64,000 nt of DNA, from the NCBI GenBank assembly GCA_000505065.1, contig AWSN01000001.1:132247-196246 (forward strand), in the 5' to 3' direction. Positions 1-8,556 of the stretch are shown piece after piece; positions within the stretch are counted from its first letter, which is position 1; each line of letters opens with the position of its first letter. Both the position numbers and the translations under genes were made by a program. Under the pieces are notes generated by a model. The model was not told where the DNA came from, searched no databases, and worked only from the letters and a program-made list of their open reading frames with translations. The DNA comes from Parcubacteria bacterium RAAC4_OD1_1 (GTDB lineage: Bacteria; Patescibacteriota; Minisyncoccia; Phycocordibacterales; UBA9973).

Positions 1-742
1 TAGCCACGGAATGATTCTTGCAGAAGAAGGGGAGAAAATGTCTAAATCTCGTGGTAATGTCATAAATCCAGATGAAATAATAAAATTATATGGAGCAGAC
101 ACACTTCGTCTTTATGAAATGTTTATTGGTCCTTTTGATCAAGCTGTCTCTTGGAGTACTGAGAGTATTATTGGGCCAAGAAGATTTTTGGAAAAAGTTT
201 GGAAAATAGGAGAAAAAATTGGCTCCTCGAGGTCGAACCTCGGGATCACTAGAGGTTCGACCTCTTCCCGCCAATCATATTCTGCTACATTTCAAACCTT
301 ACTTCATAAAACTATCAAAAAAGTAAGTGAAGATATTGAAAATATGAATTTTAATACAGCTGTTTCTTCTATGATGATACTTGTAAATGAAATGGAAAAA
401 CAAGATGTGGCAAAAAAAGATTTTGAAATGTTCTTACAAATATTATCTCCATTTTCTCCACATATAGCAGAAGAATTGTGGTATTTATTAGGGAATAAAA
501 AATCAATACATACTTCTTCTTGGCCTAAATGGGATAAATCTAAAATCAAAGAAGATAAAATAAAGATAGCGGTACAAGTAAATGGTAAGGTTAGGTCTGA
601 GGTAATCATAGATAAGGATTCTGATGAAAATTTGGTTAAAAATCTTGTCTTAAATCTTGTATCATTAAAACCTTGGATAGAAAATAAACAAATAAAAAAG
701 TTTATATATGTCCCAGGTAGGATTGTGAATATTGTGGTCTAG
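1..742 (+). CDS. leuS: Leucyl-tRNA synthetase, C-terminal part (5' end lies outside window; frame starts at nt 2)
   Basis: Class I KMSKS motif ([10 protein letters not shown]) and anticodon-binding/C-terminal region; TAG stop at 740-742. Confidence 0.85.
   Translation, partial: SHGMILAEEGEKMSKSRGNVINPDEIIKLYGADTLRLYEMFIGPFDQAVSWSTESIIGPRRFLEKVWKIGEKIGSSRSNLGITRGSTSSRQSYSATFQTLLHKTIKKVSEDIENMNFNTAVSSMMILVNEMEKQDVAKKDFEMFLQILSPFSPHIAEELWYLLGNKKSIHTSSWPKWDKSKIKEDKIKIAVQVNGKVRSEVIIDKDSDENLVKNLVLNLVSLKPWIENKQIKKFIYVPGRIVNIVV
221..272. repeat. GC-rich in-frame hairpin insertion in leuS; arms gaggtcgaacctc (229-241) and gaggttcgacctc (252-264) are reverse complements
   Basis: ~65% GC block in a ~30% GC gene; encodes [19 protein letters not shown] just upstream of the conserved HKTIKKV motif; spawns spurious antisense ORF 86..274. 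Confidence 0.6.
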
Positions 743-807
743 TATTATTAAATTTAATTAGGTATAATGTATTTGTTGAGTTTTATTATTCATTAATAAA
801 AAATAAA

Positions 808-3171
808 ATGGAATCAAAAAAATTAAAATTCTTTAATAATCTTTCTTTTGGAATATTATTGTTTACAATATTTGCATCTTTTATCTTTTTTATGCCGTAT
901 TTGCCTGTTACACTAGAGGCAAGTAAAGGCTTTCTTGTTTCAATAGGGGCAACTTTATCTATCTTCTTTTGGTTTGTAGTTAGACTAGGTGAAGGTAAAT
1001 TTGTTATTCCTAAAGATAGGCTTATTATTTTAGGAGCAGTTATTCCATTTATATTTCTAATTTCTTCTTTCTTTTCTTCTTCTTTATATGTATCTTTGTT
1101 TGGTAATGGTTTTGAAGTTGGAACATTTGGTTCAATGTTGATTCTATATATAATCTTTTTTTTATCAGCAGTCCATTTCCAAACAGAAAATAAATTAAAA
1201 ACATTTTTTAAGTTTCTAATGATTACAGCTTTTGTTATAACAATCTTTCAATTAATTAATTTTACTATTGGGTTCGGAAGATTTTTACCAGGCTTGTTAC
1301 AAGGTGTATCATCTGGAAATCTTTTAGGTAGCTGGAATGATTTTGCTTTAATGTTTGGTTTATTTGTATTACTTTCAATTTTTTCTATTGATTTATTAAA
1401 ATCTAAATTAATATATCGTATAATTCAATATTTTGTTTTAGTTTTAGGTATTTTATTTTTAATTATAATAAATATGCCTTTAGTTTGGCTTTTGGTTGGT
1501 CTTTTTGGTGTCATACTTTTTGTATATAACATTTCAGCTGGGCATTCTCATTCTTCTTCAGAGCAAGAATCTAATGAAAAACCTCACGCGAATGGTTTTC
1601 CGGTGGCCTCTCTTGTTTTAGTTATTATTTCTTTTATTTTTATTATTGGTAGCAATTCTATTGGTAATCTTATATCAAATTACATAAGTCTTTCTAGTCC
1701 AGATGTAAGACCTTCTTTTATAACAACATCACAGATTGCATATAAAGCAATAAAGCATAATCCATTTTTGGGTACAGGTCCTAATACTTTTGTTATCGAT
1801 TGGACAATGTGGAAACCTGCTCAAATATCCAATACCTTATTTTGGGATATTGATTTTAACAGTGGTTTTAGTATGTTTACAACATTATTTGCTACTGTTG
1901 GAGTCTTGGGAGCACTTTCTATTTTAGCTTTTCTTTTTGTATTTATTATTAGAATAATTCAATCTTTAAAAATTGCATTTAAGGATGGTGTTCTCAATTA
2001 TTTTATAATGACAACTCTTATGGTTTCATTATATTCATGGATTATTTTTATAATTTATAATCCAAATATTTTGATGCTCATACTTGCTTTTTCTTCAAGT
2101 GGTATTTTAATAGGAATACTTATATATAAAAGGGTAATTCCTACAAATGAAGCATCATTTTTGAATGACCCAAGAAATAGCTTCTTCTCAATTCTTTTCT
2201 TGGTTGTACTTATGATGTCATCTATCTCTCTAACTTATGTTTATGTAGAAAAATTTGTTTCTCTTATATATTATTCTAAAGGTGTTGTAGCAAATGTTAA
2301 TGATATAGATTCTCTTTCTAAATCTGAAGTAATGATCTCAAACGCAATAACTTTAGATAAAAATGATAGTTACTATAGGTCATTATCACAAGTTTATGTA
2401 AATGAGATATCTTTGGTGGCAAATAACAAAAATTTATCAGAAGATACCTTGAAATCTTCTTTACAACAGCTAGTAAATCTTTCTCAAGAGTCAGCTACTT
2501 TAGCTGTTAGTAGGAATCCAAAAAATTATTTAAATTATATAAATTTAGGAGATGTATATACTTCACTTGTTGTTTTTGGTGTTGAAAATAGTTACGAAAA
2601 TGCATTGTCTTCATACAATAAAGCCTTAGAACTTGCCCCAAATAACCCAAGTATAATTCTTTCTATGGCTAATCTTGAATTTATAAATAAAAATAATGAT
2701 AAGGCAAAAGAATATATTAAAAATGCTTTAACTTTAAAATCAAATTATATAGATGCTATATTTTTGATGGCTCAAATCGAAACAGCAGAAGGAAATTTGG
2801 GTGAGGCTATTAAACAAGCTGAATATGCTTCTCAGATTAACCCAAATGATTCTACTATATTCTTTAGATTAGGTTTACTTAGATATAATAATTCTGATTA
2901 TTCAGGAGCTGTTAGTGCTTTTGAAAGAGCTGTAATCTTGAATAATAATTATCTTAATGCTAGATATTTCCTTGGTTTATCTTATCAAAAAGTTGGACGA
3001 AAAAGTGATGCCCTAACTCAGTTTGAGATATTAAATAAATTAGTACCAGAAAATGAAGAAATTAAAAATGCTTTAAATTCTGTAAACAATAATACTATTA
3101 CAGAAACAGAAGAAAACGAAGATACTAATAAAAATACTGAAAATAAGCCCCCATTAAAAGAAAATCAATAA
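808..3171 (+). CDS. Polytopic membrane protein (O-antigen ligase/Wzy-like N-terminal ~440 aa) fused to C-terminal TPR repeats
   Basis: About 10 predicted TM helices then TPR-like repeats (YENALSSYNKALELAPNN, AKEYIKNALTLKSNY, AIKQAEYASQINPND, AVSAFERAVILNNNY). Confidence 0.5.
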   Translation: MESKKLKFFNNLSFGILLFTIFASFIFFMPYLPVTLEASKGFLVSIGATLSIFFWFVVRLGEGKFVIPKDRLIILGAVIPFIFLISSFFSSSLYVSLFGNGFEVGTFGSMLILYIIFFLSAVHFQTENKLKTFFKFLMITAFVITIFQLINFTIGFGRFLPGLLQGVSSGNLLGSWNDFALMFGLFVLLSIFSIDLLKSKLIYRIIQYFVLVLGILFLIIINMPLVWLLVGLFGVILFVYNISAGHSHSSSEQESNEKPHANGFPVASLVLVIISFIFIIGSNSIGNLISNYISLSSPDVRPSFITTSQIAYKAIKHNPFLGTGPNTFVIDWTMWKPAQISNTLFWDIDFNSGFSMFTTLFATVGVLGALSILAFLFVFIIRIIQSLKIAFKDGVLNYFIMTTLMVSLYSWIIFIIYNPNILMLILAFSSSGILIGILIYKRVIPTNEASFLNDPRNSFFSILFLVVLMMSSISLTYVYVEKFVSLIYYSKGVVANVNDIDSLSKSEVMISNAITLDKNDSYYRSLSQVYVNEISLVANNKNLSEDTLKSSLQQLVNLSQESATLAVSRNPKNYLNYINLGDVYTSLVVFGVENSYENALSSYNKALELAPNNPSIILSMANLEFINKNNDKAKEYIKNALTLKSNYIDAIFLMAQIETAEGNLGEAIKQAEYASQINPNDSTIFFRLGLLRYNNSDYSGAVSAFERAVILNNNYLNARYFLGLSYQKVGRKSDALTQFEILNKLVPENEEIKNALNSVNNNTITETEENEDTNKNTENKPPLKENQ

Positions 3172-3182
3172 TTAATTTATAG

Positions 3183-4871
3183 ATGACGAATCGTGTTTTA
3201 AAATTTCTCAATAGAGAATTTAAGGGAATTAACGAAGCCGCCTTATTACTTGGCGGTTTCGCTTTTCTCTCTCAAATATTAGGTTTGATAAGAGATAGAA
3301 TGCTTGCACAAATTGTTGGAGTTGGGGAGACTCTTGATGTTTATTATGCTGCCTTTAGAATTCCAGATTTCCTTTACATATCAATAGCATCTTTAGCTTC
3401 TGTTACTGTCCTTATGCCGTTTTTAATAGAGAAAATTGGTTATGGTGGTAATAATATTGAAGCAAAAAAATTTTTAAATAATATTTTTACAGCTTATGTT
3501 GTTTTTATGGTTGGAATAAGTCTAATTATATTTTTATTAATGCCATATTTAGCTAATATTATAGCTCCAGGATTTAATGATGTTCAAATTAAAATGCTTA
3601 TAAATATAAGTAGAATAATGCTTCTTTCTCCAATTTTTATTGGTTTATCAAATCTTATAGGTACTGTTACTCAAATTTTTAAAAATTTTTTAGTTTTTTC
3701 ACTTTCCCCAGTCTTTTATAATTTAGGAATAATTTTAGGAATAATTTTTCTTTATAGATTTTTAGGAATTTATGGATTAGGGATTGGTGTTATTGTTGGA
3801 GCTTTTCTTCATTTTATTATTCAAGTTCCTGTTGTTCTTAAACATGGATTTTTCCCTAGATTTATTTCAAACATAGATTGGAAAGAGGTTTTGAAGGTGG
3901 TAAAGACATCTTTACCAAGGACTCTTACTTTATCTTCAAATAGCTTAGCTTTTTTGGTTCTTATTGCTATTGCATCATCTTTTGAAAAAGGAGCAATATC
4001 CCTTTTTACTTTTTCTTATAATTTACAATCTGTTCCTGTTGGGATAATAGGTATTTCTTATTCTGTAGCAGCTTTCCCAATTCTTGTAAAATCATTTTCA
4101 ATAAAAGATATGGATAATTTTATTAAACATATTATTATTGCATCAAAACAAATTATCTTTTGGTCTTTACCTGTTATGTTTTTGTTTATTGTATTACGTG
4201 CACAAATTGTTCGTGTTGTTTTAGGGACCAATTCTTTTTCTTGGGCTGATACTAGACTTACATCAGCATCTGTAGCAATTTTTGTAATATCTCTTATTAC
4301 TCAGAGTTTGGTACTTTTATTTGTAAGAGGTTATTATGCGACAGGAAATACTAAAAAACCACTTTTCATAAATATGTTTTCGTCTCTAATTATTATAATA
4401 TTTGCTTATTTTTTAATGTGGTTATTTAGTTCAAATCCTTATTTGCTTGAAGTTTTAGAGAATTTACTTAGAGTAGAAAATGTTTCAGGAACAATAATGT
4501 TCATACTTCCTATTTCTTATGTATTAGGATCAATAATAAATTTAATTTTAATCTGGATTTCATTTAAAAAAGATTTTCTAAAAGATTATAATTTTAAAGT
4601 TATATCAAAAACTTTTTTTGATAGCTTACTCGGATCTATTGTTATTGGTGTTGTTTCTTATCTGTCCCTTGGTATTTTTGATGATATTTTTGATGTTACT
4701 ACTGGCTATGGAATATTTTTGCAAGGTTTTGTTTCTGGTAGTATAGGAATACTTTATGGAATTTTTGTTCTTTATTTGATAAAGAACAGAGAAATTAGAG
4801 ATCTGTTTGTAGCTATAAAGAATAAATTTTGGAAAAATCGAATTGTTGCTCCAGAACAGATTGATTTGTAA
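3183..4871 (+). CDS. murJ: Lipid II flippase MurJ/MviN
   Basis: N-terminal LLGGFAFLSQILGLIRDRMLAQIVGVGETLDVYYAAFRIPDFLY matches the MurJ signature region; 14-TM architecture. Confidence 0.8.
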   Translation: MTNRVLKFLNREFKGINEAALLLGGFAFLSQILGLIRDRMLAQIVGVGETLDVYYAAFRIPDFLYISIASLASVTVLMPFLIEKIGYGGNNIEAKKFLNNIFTAYVVFMVGISLIIFLLMPYLANIIAPGFNDVQIKMLINISRIMLLSPIFIGLSNLIGTVTQIFKNFLVFSLSPVFYNLGIILGIIFLYRFLGIYGLGIGVIVGAFLHFIIQVPVVLKHGFFPRFISNIDWKEVLKVVKTSLPRTLTLSSNSLAFLVLIAIASSFEKGAISLFTFSYNLQSVPVGIIGISYSVAAFPILVKSFSIKDMDNFIKHIIIASKQIIFWSLPVMFLFIVLRAQIVRVVLGTNSFSWADTRLTSASVAIFVISLITQSLVLLFVRGYYATGNTKKPLFINMFSSLIIIIFAYFLMWLFSSNPYLLEVLENLLRVENVSGTIMFILPISYVLGSIINLILIWISFKKDFLKDYNFKVISKTFFDSLLGSIVIGVVSYLSLGIFDDIFDVTTGYGIFLQGFVSGSIGILYGIFVLYLIKNREIRDLFVAIKNKFWKNRIVAPEQIDL

Positions 4872-4910
4872 AACCTTTGATTTTTAAGGATTTTTTGCTA
4901 ATATAAAGAT

Positions 4911-6722
4911 ATGAAATCTAATAACATTAGAAATTTTTCTATCATTGCCCACATAGATCATGGTAAGAGTACTTTGGCTGATAGAATGATAGAAATAACT
5001 AATACAATAGAAAAAAGAAAAATGAAAGATCAGGTCCTTGATTCAATGGAACTTGAACGGGAAAGAGGAATAACTATAAAGATGCAACCTGTAAGAATGG
5101 GGTATGAGGTTGATGGAAATGATTATATTTTAAATCTTATTGATACTCCAGGACATATAGATTTTTCTTATGAAGTTTCTCGAGCTCTTAAGGCTGTTGA
5201 GGGGTCTATACTTTTGGTTGATGCAACTCAAGGGGTACAAGCTCAAACTCTAACCACTCTTCAAATGGCTCGTGATTTGGGGCTTGTTATTATTCCAGTG
5301 TTGTCAAAAGTAGATTCACCATTAGCAAGAGTAGATGAAATAAAAATGGAAGTCGCGATCCTTTTAAATATAGATCCCGATACAGTTATGATTGTTTCAG
5401 GTAAAACTGGTTATGGTGTGTCAGAATTACTTAATGAAATAGTAAAAAAAATTCCTCCACCCAAAATGAATACAATAGATTCTTCTGGGCGTGCTCTTGT
5501 TTTTGATTTTAAATATGATAATCATCGAGGGGTGATAGTTTATGTAAGAGTAGTAGAAGGAGAGTTTAAAAAAGGTGAATCACTTATGTTTGCTGTCTCT
5601 TTAGAAAAGTTTATCTGTCTTGAGGTTGGGATATTTTCTCCTTGGGAAGAATCAAAAGATTCTATAAAAGAAGGTGAGATTGGATATATTATTACAGGGA
5701 TTAAAAAGCCTGGTATAGCTTCTGTGGGTGACACAATAACTTCTACTAAGAGACCAATGCAGGCTCTTTCTGGTTATATGAACCCTAGGCCTGTGGTTTG
5801 GGCTTCTGTCTATCCTGAGAGTCAAGATGATTTTCCTAATCTTAAACTAGCACTAGGAAGACTTAAATTATCCGACTCCTCTTTCTCTTATGAGGAAGAA
5901 TCATCAGGTACTTTGGGGCGAGGCTTTCGTTGTGGTTTCTTGGGAATGCTTCATTTAGAAATTATTACCGAAAGATTAAATAGAGAATTTAATTTAGAGC
6001 TTATTGTTACAATGCCTTCTATTACTTACAAAGTAATTACTAAAAATGGGAAAGAAGAAATAATTTATTCACCCCATCTTTTCCCAGACGATGGATCTAT
6101 AACTAAAGTGTATGAACCTTGGGTAAATGTTAAAATAATTGCTCCATCTATATATCTTAGTTATTTGATGCCATTTTTGTTTGACCATGAAGCTATTGTG
6201 GGGGCAACAGAAAATTTTGGAGACAATAGATCTTCTGTCGATCTTGAAATGCCACTTCGAGAACTTATGAGGAATTTTTTTGATGATTTAAAGAGTTTAA
6301 CTTCTGGCTATGCTTCTATTTCTTACGAAATAGGAGATTATAGAGAAGCAGATGTTGTAAGGATGGATATTTTAGTCGGAGGTGATCCTATTCCTGCTTT
6401 TTGTAGGGTTATATCAAGAAGAAGGGTAGAAGAAGAAGCTAAGTCTCAAGTAGAAAAATTACAAAAAATAATACCAAGACAGCAATTCGCTTTTAAGATT
6501 CAAGCTAAAGCATTAGGTAGAATAATTTCATCCGAGTCAGTTTCAGCATTTAGGAAAGATGTTCTTATGCATGGAAGTAAAGTAGTAGGGGGTGGTGATG
6601 TGAGTAGAAAAAAGAAATTACTTGAAAAACAGAAAAAGGGTAAAAAGAGAATGCAATCAAGTGCAAAAATAAACATCTCTCATGACGTTTTTTTAAAGAT
6701 GATGCGGGGTAAAGATAAATAG
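4911..6722 (+). CDS. lepA: Elongation factor 4 (LepA)
   Basis: G-domain motifs IIAHIDHGKSTL, DTPGH, SKVD; LepA-specific C-terminal domain. Confidence 0.9.
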   Translation: MKSNNIRNFSIIAHIDHGKSTLADRMIEITNTIEKRKMKDQVLDSMELERERGITIKMQPVRMGYEVDGNDYILNLIDTPGHIDFSYEVSRALKAVEGSILLVDATQGVQAQTLTTLQMARDLGLVIIPVLSKVDSPLARVDEIKMEVAILLNIDPDTVMIVSGKTGYGVSELLNEIVKKIPPPKMNTIDSSGRALVFDFKYDNHRGVIVYVRVVEGEFKKGESLMFAVSLEKFICLEVGIFSPWEESKDSIKEGEIGYIITGIKKPGIASVGDTITSTKRPMQALSGYMNPRPVVWASVYPESQDDFPNLKLALGRLKLSDSSFSYEEESSGTLGRGFRCGFLGMLHLEIITERLNREFNLELIVTMPSITYKVITKNGKEEIIYSPHLFPDDGSITKVYEPWVNVKIIAPSIYLSYLMPFLFDHEAIVGATENFGDNRSSVDLEMPLRELMRNFFDDLKSLTSGYASISYEIGDYREADVVRMDILVGGDPIPAFCRVISRRRVEEEAKSQVEKLQKIIPRQQFAFKIQAKALGRIISSESVSAFRKDVLMHGSKVVGGGDVSRKKKLLEKQKKGKKRMQSSAKINISHDVFLKMMRGKDK

Positions 6723-6855
6723 ATTAGCTAAATAAAACTGGTATATAAAGCAATATCATACTTATAATTACAAGTATTGAAATTACCCCAAAAAGCCTCG
6801 ATATTCTTTTTTTATTTTTTGGGTCGAAAAACATGCTATAATACTATCATTATTT

Positions 6856-7236
6856 ATGAAAGAATTCAAGAAAGGAAATAATATATTTTATCACAACCCA
6901 ATATTTTTATTTGTATTGTTTTTGTTTTTATTATTACTCTTTTATAAAGTTTTTGGTTTGATTCAAAAAGAAAAAGAGAGTAGTAAGAATAAAGAATTGT
7001 TGTTGTCTCAGGTAGAAGATTTAAAAAAAAGAGAAAATAATCTTTCTTTAGAAATTTCTAGTTTAGAGACAGAAGAGGGGGTTGAAAAACTTATTAGGGA
7101 TAAATATCAAGTTGCCAAAGAGGGGGAAAAAATGGTAATAATAGTAGGGGAAGATAATATAGAAAAAGAGAGTAAAAATAAAAACAATAATGGTTTTTTA
7201 TTTTGGGTTAGAAATATTTTTGATTTTAATAAATAA
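6856..7236 (+). CDS. FtsB/DivIC-like septum formation initiator (single TM + coiled coil)
   Basis: N-terminal TM followed by LLLSQVEDLKKRENNLSLEISSLETEEGVEKLIRDKYQVAKEGEKMVIIV, typical of FtsB/DivIC. Confidence 0.5.
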   Translation: MKEFKKGNNIFYHNPIFLFVLFLFLLLLFYKVFGLIQKEKESSKNKELLLSQVEDLKKRENNLSLEISSLETEEGVEKLIRDKYQVAKEGEKMVIIVGEDNIEKESKNKNNNGFLFWVRNIFDFNK

Positions 7237-7243
7237 TATATTT

Positions 7244-7314
7244 GCGGGATTAGTTTAGTGGTATGATGCGTCCTTCCCAAGGATGAGACACGGGTTCGAT
7301 TCCCGTATCCCGCA
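7244..7314 (+). tRNA. tRNA-Gly (anticodon CCC)
   Basis: Hand-folded cloverleaf: acceptor gcgggat/atcccgc, anticodon stem cgtcc/ggatg, loop ttCCCaa, T-arm acggg-ttcgatt-cccgt; weak D-stem; no encoded CCA. Confidence 0.8.
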
Positions 7315-7430
7315 CACTTGACATAATTTATTTTTTATGTTTTTTAATTTAATTTGTCAATATTTTCTTATTTTATAACTATGCTATACTGTAGCAGTGA
7401 GTTAATTATTAATTAATTTTTTAAAATTTT

Positions 7431-7670
7431 ATGAGTAAAGTAACAGTATATAGTACACCTACATGTCATTTTTGCCACATGGCTAAAGATTTTTTTAAGG
7501 AAAAAGGGGTTGAGTTTGAAGATTTTAATGTTGCTACAGATCTTGAAAAAAGAAAAGAAATGTTTGACAAAAGTGGTCAGATGGGTGTGCCTGTGATAAT
7601 TATTGAAAATAATCTTATTGTTGGTTTCAATAAACCAAAAATAGTAGAATTATTGGGTATAAAAGAGTAG
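7431..7670 (+). CDS. Glutaredoxin-like protein (NrdH/YruB family)
   Basis: CxxC active site (TPTCHFCHMAK) in thioredoxin fold; 79 aa. Confidence 0.7.
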   Translation: MSKVTVYSTPTCHFCHMAKDFFKEKGVEFEDFNVATDLEKRKEMFDKSGQMGVPVIIIENNLIVGFNKPKIVELLGIKE

Positions 7671-7699
7671 TATTTTTTTTAAAAATATCGTATTATAAA

Positions 7700-7727
7700 A
7701 GCATCCTAATGTAAAAAGGATGTTTTT
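7700..7727 (+). terminator. Hairpin gcatcct-...-aggatgt + T-run after glutaredoxin gene
   Basis: 7 bp stem, then ttttt; TATAAT box 7726-7731 follows. Confidence 0.4.
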
Positions 7728-7735
7728 ATAATTTT

Positions 7736-7996
7736 GCCCTCGTAGTTCAATGGACCCCATCATAATGCTTCTGTAGTTCAATGGATAGAACAGTCCCGTC
7801 CTAAGGGATAGATGTCAGTTCGATTCTGGCCAGAAGCACAAATAAGCATTATGAGGGGCATGTGCCATAGTTCCGTCCTGAGGTGAGAAATGGGTAGGGA
7901 CCCATTTCGCAAGACCTTGAGCGTTTTGTAATCAAAATGCGAAAGGTATACCGCTTTTGTAAGAAGTAGATGCACGTTCGATTCGTACCGAGGGCA
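7736..7996 (+). ncRNA. Composite tRNA-like locus: outer 5' acceptor/D-arm (7736-7754) and T-arm/3' acceptor (7972-7996) enclosing a helix-clamped tRNA-Arg and about 113 nt of hairpin-rich RNA
   Basis: gccctcg (7736-7742) is the perfect complement of cgagggc (7989-7995); T-arm gcacg-ttcgatt-cgtac precedes the latter; see findings. Confidence 0.4.
7767..7838 (+). tRNA. tRNA-Arg (anticodon CCT), canonical 72 nt
   Basis: Acceptor gcttctg/cagaagc, D-arm gttc-aatggata-gaac, anticodon stem gtccc/gggat, loop gtCCTaa, T-arm gtcag-ttcgatt-ctggc, discriminator A. Confidence 0.8.
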
Positions 7997-8032
7997 CTTT
8001 TATTTTTAACCTATTTATGCTATAATATACTT

Positions 8033-8320
8033 ATGGATCAAGAGATTAAGAATCTTTTAGAAGAAAATTTGAGATTATCTAAAGAGAATAATGAATTACT
8101 TATAAAGGTAAGAAATTTTCAACGTTGGTCCCAAATAAGTAAAGCTTTATATTGGCTTGTAATAATAGGTGTAGCTTTGGGTGCATTTTATTTTATAAAG
8201 CCGTATTTTGATAATGTTTTAAATATTTATACAGGTGGAGTTTCTGATATAAATATGATAAAAGATTTAGGTGGAAAGGTTGATATAAATTCTATAAATG
8301 AATTATTAAAACAGTATTAA
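8033..8320 (+). CDS. Small coiled-coil/TM protein; start moved from 7970 to internal ATG 8033 (upstream part overlaps tRNA-like T-arm)
   Basis: TATAAT at 8021-8026 lies 7 nt before ATG (possible leaderless mRNA); one central TM helix. Confidence 0.4.
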   Translation: MDQEIKNLLEENLRLSKENNELLIKVRNFQRWSQISKALYWLVIIGVALGAFYFIKPYFDNVLNIYTGGVSDINMIKDLGGKVDINSINELLKQY

Positions 8321-8332
8321 TAGTTTACATAT

Positions 8333-8405
8333 GCCGAGATAGCTCAGTTGGTAGAGCGCTCCCCTGAAGAGGGATAGGTCCCCAGTTCGAGCCTGGGTCT
8401 CGGCA
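8333..8405 (+). tRNA. tRNA-Phe (anticodon GAA)
   Basis: Acceptor gccgaga/tctcggc, D-arm gctc-agttggta-gagc, anticodon loop ctGAAga, T-arm cccag-ttcgagc-ctggg. Confidence 0.85.
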
Positions 8406-8502
8406 CACAACATATGAACTACTTCATATGTGTCCAGGCGAGAAAGATTTTTCGTTATTTAATGTAATCATTAAATCGAAAAATACCTGGCTATGTAATA
8501 GC

Positions 8503-8522
8503 CGAGCCTGGGTCTCGGCACA
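8503..8522 (+). repeat. Exact 20 nt direct repeat of the tRNA-Phe 3' end (cgagcctgggtctcggcaca; first copy 8388-8407)
   Basis: Identical string 115 nt downstream; second copy preceded by gccgag, forming an acceptor/T-arm-like minihelix. Confidence 0.6.
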
Positions 8523-8527
8523 AAACA

Positions 8528-8556
8528 AAAAAATACCCTAACGGGTATTTTTTTTG
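8528..8556. terminator. Rho-independent terminator (taccc-taac-gggta + T9), probably bidirectional (also ends hsp20 on minus strand)
   Basis: Stem-loop 8534-8547 flanked by A-run and T-run. Confidence 0.6.

Noticed and set aside
86-274. 62 aa minus-strand ORF ([21 protein letters not shown]...)
   Set aside because: Antisense to leuS. It exists only because the GC-rich palindromic insert is stop-codon-free on both strands.
7778-7975. 65 aa minus-strand ORF across the tRNA-Arg / structured RNA region
   Set aside because: Overlaps a canonical tRNA and hairpins. No coding signal.
7736-7996. tmRNA, group I intron or RNase P interpretation of the composite tRNA locus
   Set aside because: tmRNA: no G3:U70 pair in the acceptor stem and no tag-peptide reading frame with resume codon or ALAA-type ending. 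Group I intron: only about 175 nt outside the tRNA and no recognisable P/Q/R/S or P7 core. RNase P: none of the conserved P4 strands. Left as an unclassified tRNA-like structure.
7970-8032. N-terminal 21 codons of tracked ORF 7970..8320
   Set aside because: Overlaps the outer T-arm and 3' acceptor of the tRNA-like locus. The internal ATG at 8033 sits behind a TATAAT box and is preferred.
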